Source: a virus
Lineage: Duplodnaviria; Heunggongvirae; Uroviricota; Caudoviricetes
Strand: one strand, 5' to 3'
DNA: 46,473 bases
IMG/VR virus record: IMGVR_UViG_2563366824_000001
Below the pieces are notes generated by a model. That model made no database searches. It worked only from the letters and a program-made list of their open reading frames with translations, and was not told the DNA's origin. Of this stretch, positions 1-9,096 are shown piece by piece. The position numbers and the translations under genes were made by a program. The stretch's first letter is position 1; each line of letters starts with the position of its first letter.

Positions 1-90
1 TTGCCTCCCCCCCGTTGATGGGTAAAATAGCCGCAATTTTTCGTTTTCAACAAGCGCGGCGCGATGCCGCTTACTCAAGAAGAAAGAATT

Positions 91-165
91 ATGACGTTGT
101 CTCCTTATTTGCAAGAGGTGGCGAAGCGCCGCACTTTTGCCATTATTTCTCACCCCAATAATTAA
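91..165 (+). pseudogene. prfC: Truncated 5' fragment of prfC (peptide chain release factor RF3): 24 codons then stop, directly upstream of the prophage integrase
   Basis: ORF 91..165 translates [24 protein letters not shown], which matches the remembered N-terminus of RF3 up to ISHP, then diverges and stops. Promoter-like AT-rich sequence lies upstream. Confidence 0.55.
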
Positions 166-385
166 TCCCAAATTAAAGCTCTTTTACTCTTTCAAAATCC
201 TTTCAGTTAATTGAGGTCTGGTTATATAACTCATTTAAATACATATGGTTATGTGGCTTCTTTAATTGAAAATTCTTTCATGTAACTTTAAATCGATCAG
301 GTTGCTTTCATCAAAAATCTGTACATATGCTTGTACATAATGTACAAAGCAGCAGAGGTGTTTTGCGATTTGTACAAGGTGAGTA

Positions 386-1609
386 ATGGCGCTGTCTGAT
401 GCGTGGTTGCGTTCAGTCGTTGGAAAGGAACGTGATAAGGTTTTGGTTAAATCCGATCGTGATGGTCTGTCTGTCAGAGTATCACCGAAAGGTCGCGTAG
501 TGTTCCAATATCGTTATCAATGGGCAGGGAAAGGTGAGCGTCTTGATATCGGAACTTACCCGGCAACTGGATTAAAAGAGGCCAGAGAAGAAGTTATCCG
601 TCTCCGTGGTGAACTCGAGTCAAACCGTAATCCACGATTGGTCAAGCAGGCTGAAAAACGAAAAGCTACTGAAGCCATGACGGTAGAGTCTGTGATCCGT
701 GCCTGGTATGAAGCATATTGTGTAAAAAATAAAAAGGGTTCTGAACAGATACTCCGCTCGTTTGAGCTGCACCTGTTCTCTAAAATCGGGAATATCCCTC
801 ACGATGCAGCTACATTGCATGATTGGTTAGAAGTCCTGGAGCCTCTTAGCACTAAGACTCCAGCAATAGCAGACCGATTGCTAATTAACGCAAAGCAGGC
901 CCATGTCTGGGCGTATAAGAGAAAGCTTATTGAAACTCGCCCGCTGTCGGATATCACGGGTAAAGATATGGATATCCGTAAAGGTCAGAAGAAACGGTTT
1001 CTGACACACGATGAAATTAAAATTCTTTATGCTGCGATCGATGGCTCTAGAATGGTTCCCAAATACAGGGCCTTCATTAAACTATTACTGCATTTTGGTT
1101 GCCGTAGTTCGGAGCTAATTACTGCTAGGGTGGGTGATTTTGATTTCATAAATAAGGTATGGACTGTACCACCTGAACGACATAAGACAGGGGACATAAC
1201 AGGCGAACCGCTAAAGCGGCCCATTATTGAACCGGTTGAAGAGCTTATAAAATACGTTATCTCTATGAACAACGGTTCCGATATGCTTTTTACTAAGGAA
1301 GGAAGCAGGGAGCCAGTCGGTAGGACATCATTACAGTCGCTGCCTTACAATTTAATGCAGTACGCGTGGCGGCGTTTAGGATATCAATTCCCTCATTGGT
1401 CTCTTCATGACTTGAGACGGACAGCACGAACAAATTTTTCTGATCTTACTGCGCCTCATATCGCAGAAATTATGCTTGGTCATAAGCTGCCAGGGGTATG
1501 GCAAGTTTATGATAAGAGCGATTATCTAGAAGAACAGCGTAAAGCTTACCTGGCATGGTGGAAGAGGGTTGAATCGATTGTTAATTGTACTATCTCTGAT
1601 TCAAACTGA
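386..1609 (+). CDS. int: Tyrosine site-specific integrase (P4-like family with N-terminal arm-binding domain)
   Basis: 407 aa; C-terminal catalytic region with HDLRRTARTNFSDL and LGHK motifs typical of tyrosine recombinases; SD-like aggtgag before the ATG; first gene inside the element. Confidence 0.9.
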   Translation: MALSDAWLRSVVGKERDKVLVKSDRDGLSVRVSPKGRVVFQYRYQWAGKGERLDIGTYPATGLKEAREEVIRLRGELESNRNPRLVKQAEKRKATEAMTVESVIRAWYEAYCVKNKKGSEQILRSFELHLFSKIGNIPHDAATLHDWLEVLEPLSTKTPAIADRLLINAKQAHVWAYKRKLIETRPLSDITGKDMDIRKGQKKRFLTHDEIKILYAAIDGSRMVPKYRAFIKLLLHFGCRSSELITARVGDFDFINKVWTVPPERHKTGDITGEPLKRPIIEPVEELIKYVISMNNGSDMLFTKEGSREPVGRTSLQSLPYNLMQYAWRRLGYQFPHWSLHDLRRTARTNFSDLTAPHIAEIMLGHKLPGVWQVYDKSDYLEEQRKAYLAWWKRVESIVNCTISDSN

Positions 1610-1894
1610 CGGTTTGTATCACCTGAACATAACCAAATCTCCTAGCACACTTTGAGCGAGATGTGAGCGTTAAGTTTACGCCATTGTGTTGACATAAGAG
1701 GGCACGGGTATAGATATCATCACTATCCCTATGCCCCTAAATCGCTCCTGCTATTTGATAAATGCAGATGTTTACCACCAAATGTTTTTGATACTATAGG
1801 TTGATTCATGATTTACCTAGAAACTTAGTTGTAACGAAAACTTCTTAACGGACACTATCTGGATAAAGTTAGTTTTTTATTTAAGAGGGTTAAC

Positions 1895-2614
1895 ATGTCA
1901 AAGTTAAAAAATGAACCATTAGTAAGGGTATCAGAAGAAGACGGAATAGAAATAAGGAAGATCCAATATCCAGATAATACGATAGAAAGAGTTTATAAGC
2001 AGAAAGGTGTAATATTACCACGAATACCTTTAAAAGGCCGCTTTGTAGAACAATATGTGGCCTTACAGTTGCTGGATAAAGATCTTCGGAATGTTATTGG
2101 TTGGGAGAATATAATAAAAAACATTTGTAATAACATTAATAGAGAACAACACTTTATTTATCCTGATTTAGAAAAGAATCTAATATTAAAGTCTTTATTT
2201 ATATCAAAAGTTGTTACTTACGGTAAGTGTTTTACAGAGGCGAAAGGGCGTCGATTCACATTGCAGAGAAAGCATGTGCCAGAAAAATACAGAGATTTAC
2301 ATGATTCTATTATGAATGTTAGACATAACTTTGCTGCCCATAAAGGTGAATTTGAATATGATCAATGCGGCTTGGTTTTAATATTGCCGGGGACCAAGAA
2401 AAAAAGGTGCTATCATATTTTTTCAGAACTCAATCAAATAAATTACGGTAATAATGAGGAAGATGATGAACGTTTTTTTATGTTATATGATTCACTGCGT
2501 AAAGTCATTAAAGAAAAACGAGATAAATTAATTGAAAAAATATACGCTGAAAAGATTCATACTCAAACAATGGAGTATTGGTTGAGCCGAACAGGAAAAG
2601 AAACAGAGATTTAA
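1895..2614 (+). CDS. Hypothetical protein, markedly AT-rich orphan cargo gene between int and xis
   Basis: 239-aa ORF with SD taagaggg 6-8 nt before the ATG; codon composition much more AT-rich than the flanking phage genes; no motif I can name. Confidence 0.7.
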   Translation: MSKLKNEPLVRVSEEDGIEIRKIQYPDNTIERVYKQKGVILPRIPLKGRFVEQYVALQLLDKDLRNVIGWENIIKNICNNINREQHFIYPDLEKNLILKSLFISKVVTYGKCFTEAKGRRFTLQRKHVPEKYRDLHDSIMNVRHNFAAHKGEFEYDQCGLVLILPGTKKKRCYHIFSELNQINYGNNEEDDERFFMLYDSLRKVIKEKRDKLIEKIYAEKIHTQTMEYWLSRTGKETEI

Positions 2615-2890
2615 TTTGTTCAGTATATAAAAGCTAATTTTTAAGGAGTAATTTTCAGATGATTAAAGCTGATTACATTGCGATAGGTACTCTACGACTA
2701 ACTTTTCAACAAGAGTAAGGGGGTAATCAATTTTATTTGTATCAATACATTTCTTGGCGATAATGTTTTGATCTTATCGATTCATGTCATATGGTCATTG
2801 GTAACGTCCGCTCTTGGTAAAGAGTGGACGCTCAGATTAGGTTTGGCATCTAATCATAGATGTGTCAGCTCACATCTAAGCTAATACATA

Positions 2891-3085
2891 TTAATCAATC
2901 ACTCCCGCAAATCTGTAAATCTTGTGTGATGCCCATTTATTTGGGCAGGATTTAATATCAGGATCTGGAAAGTCAGGCCTGTATTTCTGGCCAGTTCTCC
3001 TGTTTACGCTGTTCCAGCGAAGAACTGTCGATACTGAAACACCACAGAAATCGGCGACTTGTTTAGTTGTCATTAAGTTGTTCAT
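2891..3085 (-). CDS. Excisionase / AlpA-like helix-turn-helix DNA-binding protein
   Basis: 64 aa; MTTKQVADFCGVSVSTVLRW is the classic Xis/AlpA/MerR-like HTH; sits next to int, at the end of the minus-strand early operon; start overlaps the upstream stop. Confidence 0.65.
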   Translation of the reverse strand: MNNLMTTKQVADFCGVSVSTVLRWNSVNRRTGQKYRPDFPDPDIKSCPNKWASHKIYRFAGVID

Positions 3086-3705
3086 TACTTCACCTCCTGC
3101 GGCGGCTCCGGTAGCGGCATCCAGTGGGTTACTTTCGATGCCGGTTCTTCCCCATTGTCAGTAACTGCCCACCATTTGTTTCTCGAACAATCGTAATACC
3201 CTTCGAAGGTATCGCACTCAGTCCAGCCGTAAGACTTACCCCAACACCAAACATACTGTTTATCGTTCGGCATTCGCTCACTACAGCTTATCCAACCATC
3301 CGGAGTTACCGGAGAGTTGCCCGACAGCTCGTTCAACTTATAAGTCTGGCTTACAGGTTCGGCACCATTAAGCATGGAGGCGCGGCAGGCGTTCCAGCCT
3401 TCATCAAAGCCGACTATGCCATTATTTAAAGACGGACGAGCATCTGGCACCATCGGCACTGGCTTGGCTATATATAGCGGCTGAACATACCAGCCCTTTG
3501 ATAACCAACTGTCAGCAATGTTTTTACTCCTCGTTATTGCCGGAATACCTAAGCCATTTTCTGAATGCAGCCATGCCACCGGCTCCTCTTCTAGCGATGC
3601 CAGAGCAATTTCATAAGCACGGCGCTCAATATCGTCTCGAACCTCTAGGCTGCTGATTCGTTCTTTGATTTCTTTAATCAGTTCTTTATTGGTAAATGTG
3701 GTCAT
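3085..3705 (-). CDS. DUF551-domain phage protein
   Basis: 206 aa; Trp-rich C-terminus (WISCSERMPNDKQYVWCW ... VTHWMPLPEPP) typical of DUF551; translationally coupled to its neighbours. Confidence 0.65.
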   Translation of the reverse strand: MTTFTNKELIKEIKERISSLEVRDDIERRAYEIALASLEEEPVAWLHSENGLGIPAITRSKNIADSWLSKGWYVQPLYIAKPVPMVPDARPSLNNGIVGFDEGWNACRASMLNGAEPVSQTYKLNELSGNSPVTPDGWISCSERMPNDKQYVWCWGKSYGWTECDTFEGYYDCSRNKWWAVTDNGEEPASKVTHWMPLPEPPQEVK

Positions 3706-4067
3706 TATGCTCCAGCCTCCGGCGCTTTTGGCATTACTGCCCAGTGAGTGATATTGAAGTTTTCAAGGTCCCCGACCTGAAATGTCCACTGCCATTCTCC
3801 GGTTTCTTTTTGTCCCCAGGTGTACCAGAGAGAACGCCAGCCAATCAGCCAGCCTTCTCCGTTAGCATCAAATAACAGAACACTTTCATTTGCTGGTGGC
3901 AGTTCAGCTGACACTGGTATTATTTTGTTTTCCAGTGCCGCACATTTAGCTTCAAGCGCGTCGAATTTACGTACCAGGTACTCAGCATTTGTTTCGTTCA
4001 CTTTCAGATCTCGCGGTACACATTTCCCGCGAAGAAACCCTTCCATTTCGAAAACATTCATGCGCAT
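3705..4067 (-). CDS. Hypothetical early protein (YfdS-like size; DUF551-like C-terminal ITHWAVMPKAP motif)
   Basis: 120-aa ORF in the same operon with overlapping start/stop junctions. Confidence 0.55.
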   Translation of the reverse strand: MRMNVFEMEGFLRGKCVPRDLKVNETNAEYLVRKFDALEAKCAALENKIIPVSAELPPANESVLLFDANGEGWLIGWRSLWYTWGQKETGEWQWTFQVGDLENFNITHWAVMPKAPEAGA

Positions 4068-4594
4068 TTGCGTAACTCCGATAACTCGTTAAAACGTTCC
4101 ATAAACATCCCGTAGGCATGGCTAGGTGCCAGTGGAATCACGTTGAACATCTCTGTTGCCGGGATGCCTTCCAGTACAGGCCAGAAAGAGCCATCATCAA
4201 GCCCGAGATCGCGGCGTTCGGTTGCCAGCATGATAAGATCGGCATATTTCACGGGCGTACTCATAACTGGGGGTAACCCGTATTTCTCACGGATTACGGC
4301 GTCAATTTTTTCTTCCATCCGTTTATAGTCAGGAAGAAGGCGTTTCAGTGGAGCGGGAATATCCTGGCAATACGCTTCTGTTGCATCATGCATTAACGCT
4401 TCAAAAGCAAATTCCTGCGGCACCAGCTGGCTGCAAAGCACCGCATGTTGGGCGACACTGTAGAAGTGAGAAAGATGACCGGCAAAGCGGCAGATATTTG
4501 AAAGGGAAACCGCGATATCGTTAATCACGATGTCGTCTTTATTTATCTTGTTATAATAAAAATGCTTCCCGGAAAAAGTTTTAATAAATGACAT
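4058..4594 (-). CDS. yfdR: HD-domain phosphohydrolase (YfdR/YfbR-like 5'-deoxynucleotidase)
   Basis: H..H and MHDATEAY (HD) metal-binding motifs; start taken at the second ATG (MSFIKTF...), which has SD ggaga 8 nt upstream and gives 178 aa. Confidence 0.7.
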   Translation of the reverse strand: MSFIKTFSGKHFYYNKINKDDIVINDIAVSLSNICRFAGHLSHFYSVAQHAVLCSQLVPQEFAFEALMHDATEAYCQDIPAPLKRLLPDYKRMEEKIDAVIREKYGLPPVMSTPVKYADLIMLATERRDLGLDDGSFWPVLEGIPATEMFNVIPLAPSHAYGMFMERFNELSELRKCA

Positions 4595-4721
4595 TTTGTT
4601 CTCCACGTATATGCGCTGCACCGCGCTGAGTTTGGGTAAAAGGAAGCCCTCACCATCCGGTGATTATTGAGTTAATTACGTTTCCATAAATGCCCCCGCA
4701 GGGGCATTTGCAGTAATGAAA

Positions 4722-5546
4722 TCAGGCGGTGAAAGTACCAATAAAGGTTTCTACTTTGCTGTCTTTGAATTTCTCAACAAGCAGATCACGAAATTCGTTA
4801 GCCATATCTTCCTGCACCGCTTCCAGCTGAATAATGCGCAGAACCAGTACAGGACGATCGCCAGTGATAATGCTGAGGCGTAATTTAAACGGACGTTCTT
4901 TCAGACCTTCAAACGGAACGCATTTAAATTCAAATGCCACTGGCATAATGTCTTTGGTCTTCGCTTCGACAGATTCCATCAGGGAGCGTTTGCCGCTGAA
5001 GTCATTATCTTCAAAATCAGCGGTCTGGTTTGCTTCAATCGTGATTTTACGGACTGCCGCAGCCGCTTTTGTTGCCTGAATGGTGTCACCATTAGCATCA
5101 AAGCCCACAAGGTAGTCGGCCCAGTCTTCAATCCATTCTGCCAGTGACTTCTGGGAGTTACGCTCGCCGTTAACAGACAACAGGGCAGAGAACGGTCCTG
5201 TCTTTTTCAGTTTGAGAGTGGCGGTGTTATCTGCGTGACCTGGTTCATCAATAGTACCCAGGTTAAGTACACTGACGGCACGCATATTATCAGCATCGAT
5301 AAAGCAGCGGGTGCCTTCATCTGCAAGATCTTTAGAATAACGGGTAAAGTCATCGATGCTGGCAGTGGAAAGCGCACCACGGAAACGGAAGCGATTTAAA
5401 TTAAATTTTTCCAGATCATGAATGCGGAAATTCTCAGGCAATGCCACAGCATCGGCACCAATATTACTGATAATTTCATTAACACCCTGAGCAGAAATAA
5501 GGGCATGGATTTGATTAATTGCGGTTGCGTCTAAGTTCTGAGACAT
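4722..5546 (-). CDS. yfdQ: YfdQ-like protein (DUF2303 family) of lambdoid prophage early-left region
   Basis: 274 aa beginning [21 protein letters not shown]; SD gagga before the ATG; size and sequence agree with my recollection of CPS-53 YfdQ. Confidence 0.65.
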   Translation of the reverse strand: MSQNLDATAINQIHALISAQGVNEIISNIGADAVALPENFRIHDLEKFNLNRFRFRGALSTASIDDFTRYSKDLADEGTRCFIDADNMRAVSVLNLGTIDEPGHADNTATLKLKKTGPFSALLSVNGERNSQKSLAEWIEDWADYLVGFDANGDTIQATKAAAAVRKITIEANQTADFEDNDFSGKRSLMESVEAKTKDIMPVAFEFKCVPFEGLKERPFKLRLSIITGDRPVLVLRIIQLEAVQEDMANEFRDLLVEKFKDSKVETFIGTFTA

Positions 5547-5611
5547 AATAAGTCCTCACTATATAAAGATATTCAGTGATGAGATAAATAATCAGTTAAT
5601 TAAGAACGATA

Positions 5612-5974
5612 TTAATGACCTGCTGCGCGTAGTTTTCCGTCAGGTTCACCGGCAAGAGTCAGTAATTGTCCCTGGTCTTCCTGCAGAATAGTCAGGCGAC
5701 CACCGCGATTGACATACATCGGCGTTTCGGTGGTGTCTTCTTCGGAAATTTTCCCGCGGTTAGTCGGGCGAACATATGAGAGTTTGTGTTTGATTTTCAC
5801 ACGGTTCTCATCAAATGGTTCGATTTCCAGGTTGAGTGAGACCTTACCTTTGGTTTTCGTGTTCATCACACCGGAAGCGACTTCACTGAGAACTGCGCCG
5901 ATTTTGGTTTCAAATACGCCGCCGTCCAGCTCCCCGATAAATGCCTGCACATCAGTACTGCGTTCGCTAGCCAT
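5612..5974 (-). CDS. Hypothetical early protein (YfdP-like), first gene of the leftward operon
   Basis: Start placed at MASERSTDV..., preceded by SD gaggag at 8 nt (120 aa); the longer six-frame ORF extends into GC-rich non-coding sequence. Confidence 0.6.
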   Translation of the reverse strand: MASERSTDVQAFIGELDGGVFETKIGAVLSEVASGVMNTKTKGKVSLNLEIEPFDENRVKIKHKLSYVRPTNRGKISEEDTTETPMYVNRGGRLTILQEDQGQLLTLAGEPDGKLRAAGH

Positions 5975-6444
5975 TTTGCTGCTCCTCATCATATCGACCC
6001 TGCAAGGTCGGTTGGTTTCTCCACAAAACAGAGAAGAACACCTGCGGTGGCAGCCGCCCGGATGGATTGGGTTATGAGCCCGTCGTCCGGTGATGCTCTT
6101 CTCTGTTTTGCAAAAAAGGACGGTACCAGCCGGAAGCAAGGGTACAAACTGGTACCGCCAGGACTACACACAGCATAAAGTTGTGGTGCCGGGTGCCTCC
6201 CGGTGCCTGGCGAAGGTTGCACACCAGGCGGGTGGGTATCCACAGAAGGTCGACTGTCAGCCTCAACCTTAACCCGCGTGCGCTGAGCCGCATTCACCAC
6301 AACGCTAAGGATTCTCTCTGGTTGAAAATACTTAGCTGTTATGTGCCTGCTTTTAGCCACATCAGGCGAGGTGGACCTGGTTATTCCCCAACAACAAGGA
6401 TTCGGTTAATCTGGATATCCCCAACAACAATAAGAGTATTCAAT

Positions 6445-6960
6445 GTGATCGCTGAATTAACGGCAGCAATGACGGCTATTCGTGAAACAGCCCAGATTGC
6501 AAAACTAATGAACGAGGCAAAAACTCAAGCTGAAGTAAATGCGGCTATTGGTGAGCTGAACTCAAAGCTTGCGTCTATTCAGCGCGAATGCGTGTCTCTC
6601 GTTGAACTGGTGGGCTCTTATCAAGAAATAAATGCTTCTCTCAAAGCTAAAATTGCAGAATTCGAAAACTTTGAGGCTCAGACGGAAGGCTATATCCTTA
6701 ACCAACTTGAGTCGGGTACTTTTGTATACTCGAAGGAGGTAATCGTGAACGGTGGCAGCATAACCATGCATCTTTGCCCAAAATGTTTTGGACAAAAGAT
6801 AGTATCGATACTTCAACCATTCCCGGTTAGCGAAGATGAGCTTTTTCATAAAAGCAGGTGCCTCCACTGTGAAAATAAGTTTCTGATGAATAAAAATCCG
6901 GATTACGTATCGCCTCCATCCATTGAGGAGTTGTCCAGAAAACTTAACGGCAATCTGTAG
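6445..6960 (+). CDS. Coiled-coil protein with C-terminal C4 zinc ribbon; lysogeny-region accessory gene convergent with cI
   Basis: Probable GTG start at 6445 (SD aagag), alternative ATG at 6469; N-terminal heptad-like helix, C-terminal CPKC ... CLHC; own terminator at 6990..7017. Confidence 0.6.
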   Translation: MIAELTAAMTAIRETAQIAKLMNEAKTQAEVNAAIGELNSKLASIQRECVSLVELVGSYQEINASLKAKIAEFENFEAQTEGYILNQLESGTFVYSKEVIVNGGSITMHLCPKCFGQKIVSILQPFPVSEDELFHKSRCLHCENKFLMNKNPDYVSPPSIEELSRKLNGNL

Positions 6961-6989
6961 ATTGCTACTGTTGTGGATATCCAGATTGT

Positions 6990-7017
6990 TAAAGAGCTAA
7001 GCGTCCTGTAGGGCGCT
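6990..7017 (+). terminator. Rho-independent terminator for the 6445..6960 gene
   Basis: agcgtcc-tgta-gggcgct stem-loop followed by TTTTTT. Confidence 0.5.
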
Positions 7018-7139
7018 TTTTTGTTGCTAATGAATCATCCTAGACTTCATATGCTCCAGGCGGCTACTTCGTGGGCGTCCTGCCTGTTTGTTGTTTCTCT
7101 TGGGTACATTATGTATCCCAAAGGTACATTGTCAAGTAT

Positions 7140-7165
7140 AAAAAAACCTGCCGAAGCAGGTTCAT
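7140..7165 (-). terminator. Rho-independent terminator downstream of cI (minus strand)
   Basis: aacctgc-ttcg-gcaggtt stem-loop followed by a 7-T run when read on the minus strand, just past the cI stop. Confidence 0.55.
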
Positions 7166-7174
7166 AAACATTGA

Positions 7175-7849
7175 TTAGGCTTTGATTTTGTATCTTCTTG
7201 GTTTTCCTGAGAAAATCACAGTTCCAATTATAGAGCAATTACCGTTGATCTTAATGTAAGGCTCAGGCCAGTTTGGGTTTAACGCTTTGAGATAACGCTG
7301 TGTCCCATCTTCTATCAACCTTTTGAAGGTGGTTTCACCTGTATCGTGCATCAATGCAATAACGTCGTCACCGTGGCAGGCAGGTACTTCAGGATCGACA
7401 AAAATCATGTCTCCCGGGCGGTACTCATCAATCATTGAATCACCTATCACCCGCAAGATATAAGTCATTTCCCCACAGGGTACAGGGCAGGGATACGTTT
7501 CTGCTGTGCTCAAATCAACCTCAGAATATCCAACTTCTTTCCATGCTCCGGCCTGTACCCATGATATGACAGGGACTAATGTGATTTGTTTATTAGTGAT
7601 TGAAACATCAGGTTTTTTTGTGATGTTCGTTGTCTGGTGTTCTTGATCGAGCCATCCGACAGGCAGGTCGAAACATTTTTCGATGTGTCGTGCCATGCTG
7701 TCACCGATATTTTTAGTAGCACCATCTCCCATAAACCTGCTGGTCTGGGTTGGCTCGCGATCAATCATAGTGGCAAAGGAAGAATTCCCGCCAACACCAT
7801 CTCTCAGTTTTCTGGCGTTAGACCGCCGGATGTCATGGATTGTTTTCAT
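7175..7849 (-). CDS. cI: CI-type prophage repressor (N-terminal HTH, C-terminal LexA-like S24 autopeptidase domain)
   Basis: 224 aa; C-terminal GDSM ... K pattern of S24 peptidases; divergent from a Cro-like gene across a palindromic operator region. Confidence 0.85.
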   Translation of the reverse strand: MKTIHDIRRSNARKLRDGVGGNSSFATMIDREPTQTSRFMGDGATKNIGDSMARHIEKCFDLPVGWLDQEHQTTNITKKPDVSITNKQITLVPVISWVQAGAWKEVGYSEVDLSTAETYPCPVPCGEMTYILRVIGDSMIDEYRPGDMIFVDPEVPACHGDDVIALMHDTGETTFKRLIEDGTQRYLKALNPNWPEPYIKINGNCSIIGTVIFSGKPRRYKIKA

Positions 7850-7864
7850 AACGAAATTAAAACC

Positions 7865-7885
7865 CTTGTACCGTTAAGGTACAAG
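7865..7885. promoter_or_regulatory. Palindromic operator candidate (OR) between cI and cro
   Basis: cttgtacc-gttaa-ggtacaag: perfect 8-bp inverted arms. A second inverted repeat atatgta-N9-tacatat (7914..7936) overlaps the cro SD. Confidence 0.5.
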
Positions 7886-7939
7886 TATCTTGAAGGTTCA
7901 TTTCAATCATGTAATATGTATACCGGAGGTACATATTGT

Positions 7940-8140
7940 ATGAAAGCGTATTGGGACTCTTTAACCAAAGAACAGCAGGGCGAGTTGGCCGGAAAAGTTG
8001 GCTCAACACCTGGCTACTTACGGCTGGTTTTCAATGGCTATAAAAAAGCCAGTTTTGTGCTGGCTAAAAAACTTGAGCAATGCACGTCAGGTGCAATTAC
8101 GAAATCTGACTTAAGACCGGATATCTATCCGAAAGATTAG
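7940..8140 (+). CDS. cro: Cro-like HTH regulator
   Basis: 66 aa; SD ggaggt 9 nt before the ATG; divergent from cI; HTH-like GELAGKVGSTPGYL. Confidence 0.75.
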   Translation: MKAYWDSLTKEQQGELAGKVGSTPGYLRLVFNGYKKASFVLAKKLEQCTSGAITKSDLRPDIYPKD

Positions 8141-8171
8141 CAGAACACTTTCAATTTTTAACCACAGAACG

Positions 8172-8741
8172 ATGAGGCTAATCGTGGGTAAGCATCACTG
8201 GAAAATAGAAAAACAGCCTGAGTGGTACGTGAAAGCTGTCAGAAAAACTATCGCGGCGTTGCCGGGTGGTTACGCTGAAGCGGCTGACTGGCTCGATGTA
8301 ACAGAAAACGCTTTATTCAACCGCCTTCGTGCAGATGGCGATCAGATTTTCCCGCTGGGATGGGCAATGGTTTTACAGCGTGCTGGTGGCACTCATTTCA
8401 TTGCTGATGCTGTGGCGCAGTCTGCAAATGGCGTCTTTGTGTCTCTTCCTGACGTCGAGGATGTGGACAACGCCGATATTAACCAGCGTCTGCTGGAAGT
8501 CATTGAACAGATCGGCAGTTATTCAAAACAGATTCGTTCAGCAATCGAAGACGGTGTAGTGGAACCGCATGAGAAGACAGCAATTAACGACGAGCTGTAT
8601 CTCTCAATTTCGAAGCTGCAGGAGCATGCAGCACTTGTCTACAAAATTTTTTGCATTTCAGAAAGTAATGACGCCCGCGAGTGTGCAGCTCCGGGCGTCG
8701 TGGCGTCGATTGCTTCTGGTTGTGGAGAAACTAACGCATGA
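8172..8741 (+). CDS. Hypothetical protein at the cII position (possible CII/YdaT-like regulator)
   Basis: 189-aa ORF right after cro; family assignment is a guess from position only; alternative GTG start at 8184 has a better SD. Confidence 0.45.
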   Translation: MRLIVGKHHWKIEKQPEWYVKAVRKTIAALPGGYAEAADWLDVTENALFNRLRADGDQIFPLGWAMVLQRAGGTHFIADAVAQSANGVFVSLPDVEDVDNADINQRLLEVIEQIGSYSKQIRSAIEDGVVEPHEKTAINDELYLSISKLQEHAALVYKIFCISESNDARECAAPGVVASIASGCGETNA

Positions 8742-9096
8742 ACAGTTTAACAACACACTACCGTCGCTCGCAACTGATTGCGCTTCCTGTACCGGGTGGA
8801 AAAGCGAAGGTGGAATATTGCTATGCAGTGAATGTACCAGGTGACAGGGAAATTGTAACCCACAGCTTTGCAGAGTGGGCTGTGGGGGATTTCAACCGGC
8901 AGAAGGAGACAGTCCTTTGCGACAAGTTAACCGCTGGTTCAAAGATCACTACGGAGTGCCCGTCAGAGTCATTCGTTGGGAACCGGAAACACAACGGGTT
9001 ATCTACCTCCGCGAAGGCTATGAGCATGAGTGCTTCAGTCCGCTCGAACAGTTTCGTCGTAAATTCAGGGAAATAGAGGTCGGTCATGAGCACTAA
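8738..9096 (+). pseudogene. Two overlapping ORFs (8738..9076 and 8875..9096, frames offset by -1) consistent with a frameshifted small early gene
   Basis: 8738 frame starts with ATGA coupling and is protein-like for about 55 codons, then becomes Ser-rich junk; the 8875 frame is protein-like at its C-terminus ([21 protein letters not shown]) and overlaps the next start. Confidence 0.4.

Noticed and set aside
4688-4709. Perfect 9-bp inverted repeat aaatgcccc-cgca-ggggcattt between the yfdQ-like and yfdR-like genes
   Set aside because: Real hairpin, but not followed by a T-run on the transcribed (minus) strand, so not called as an intrinsic terminator; may be an RNA processing or stability element.
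5989-6360. Overlapping ORFs in several frames (5989..6360 -, 6072..6293 -, 6090..6272 +, start of 6181..6960 +) in the GC-rich leader
   Set aside because: Mutually overlapping, Pro/Arg/Gly-rich, no ribosome-binding sites; more consistent with non-coding GC-rich regulatory sequence. The real + gene is taken to start at 6445/6469.
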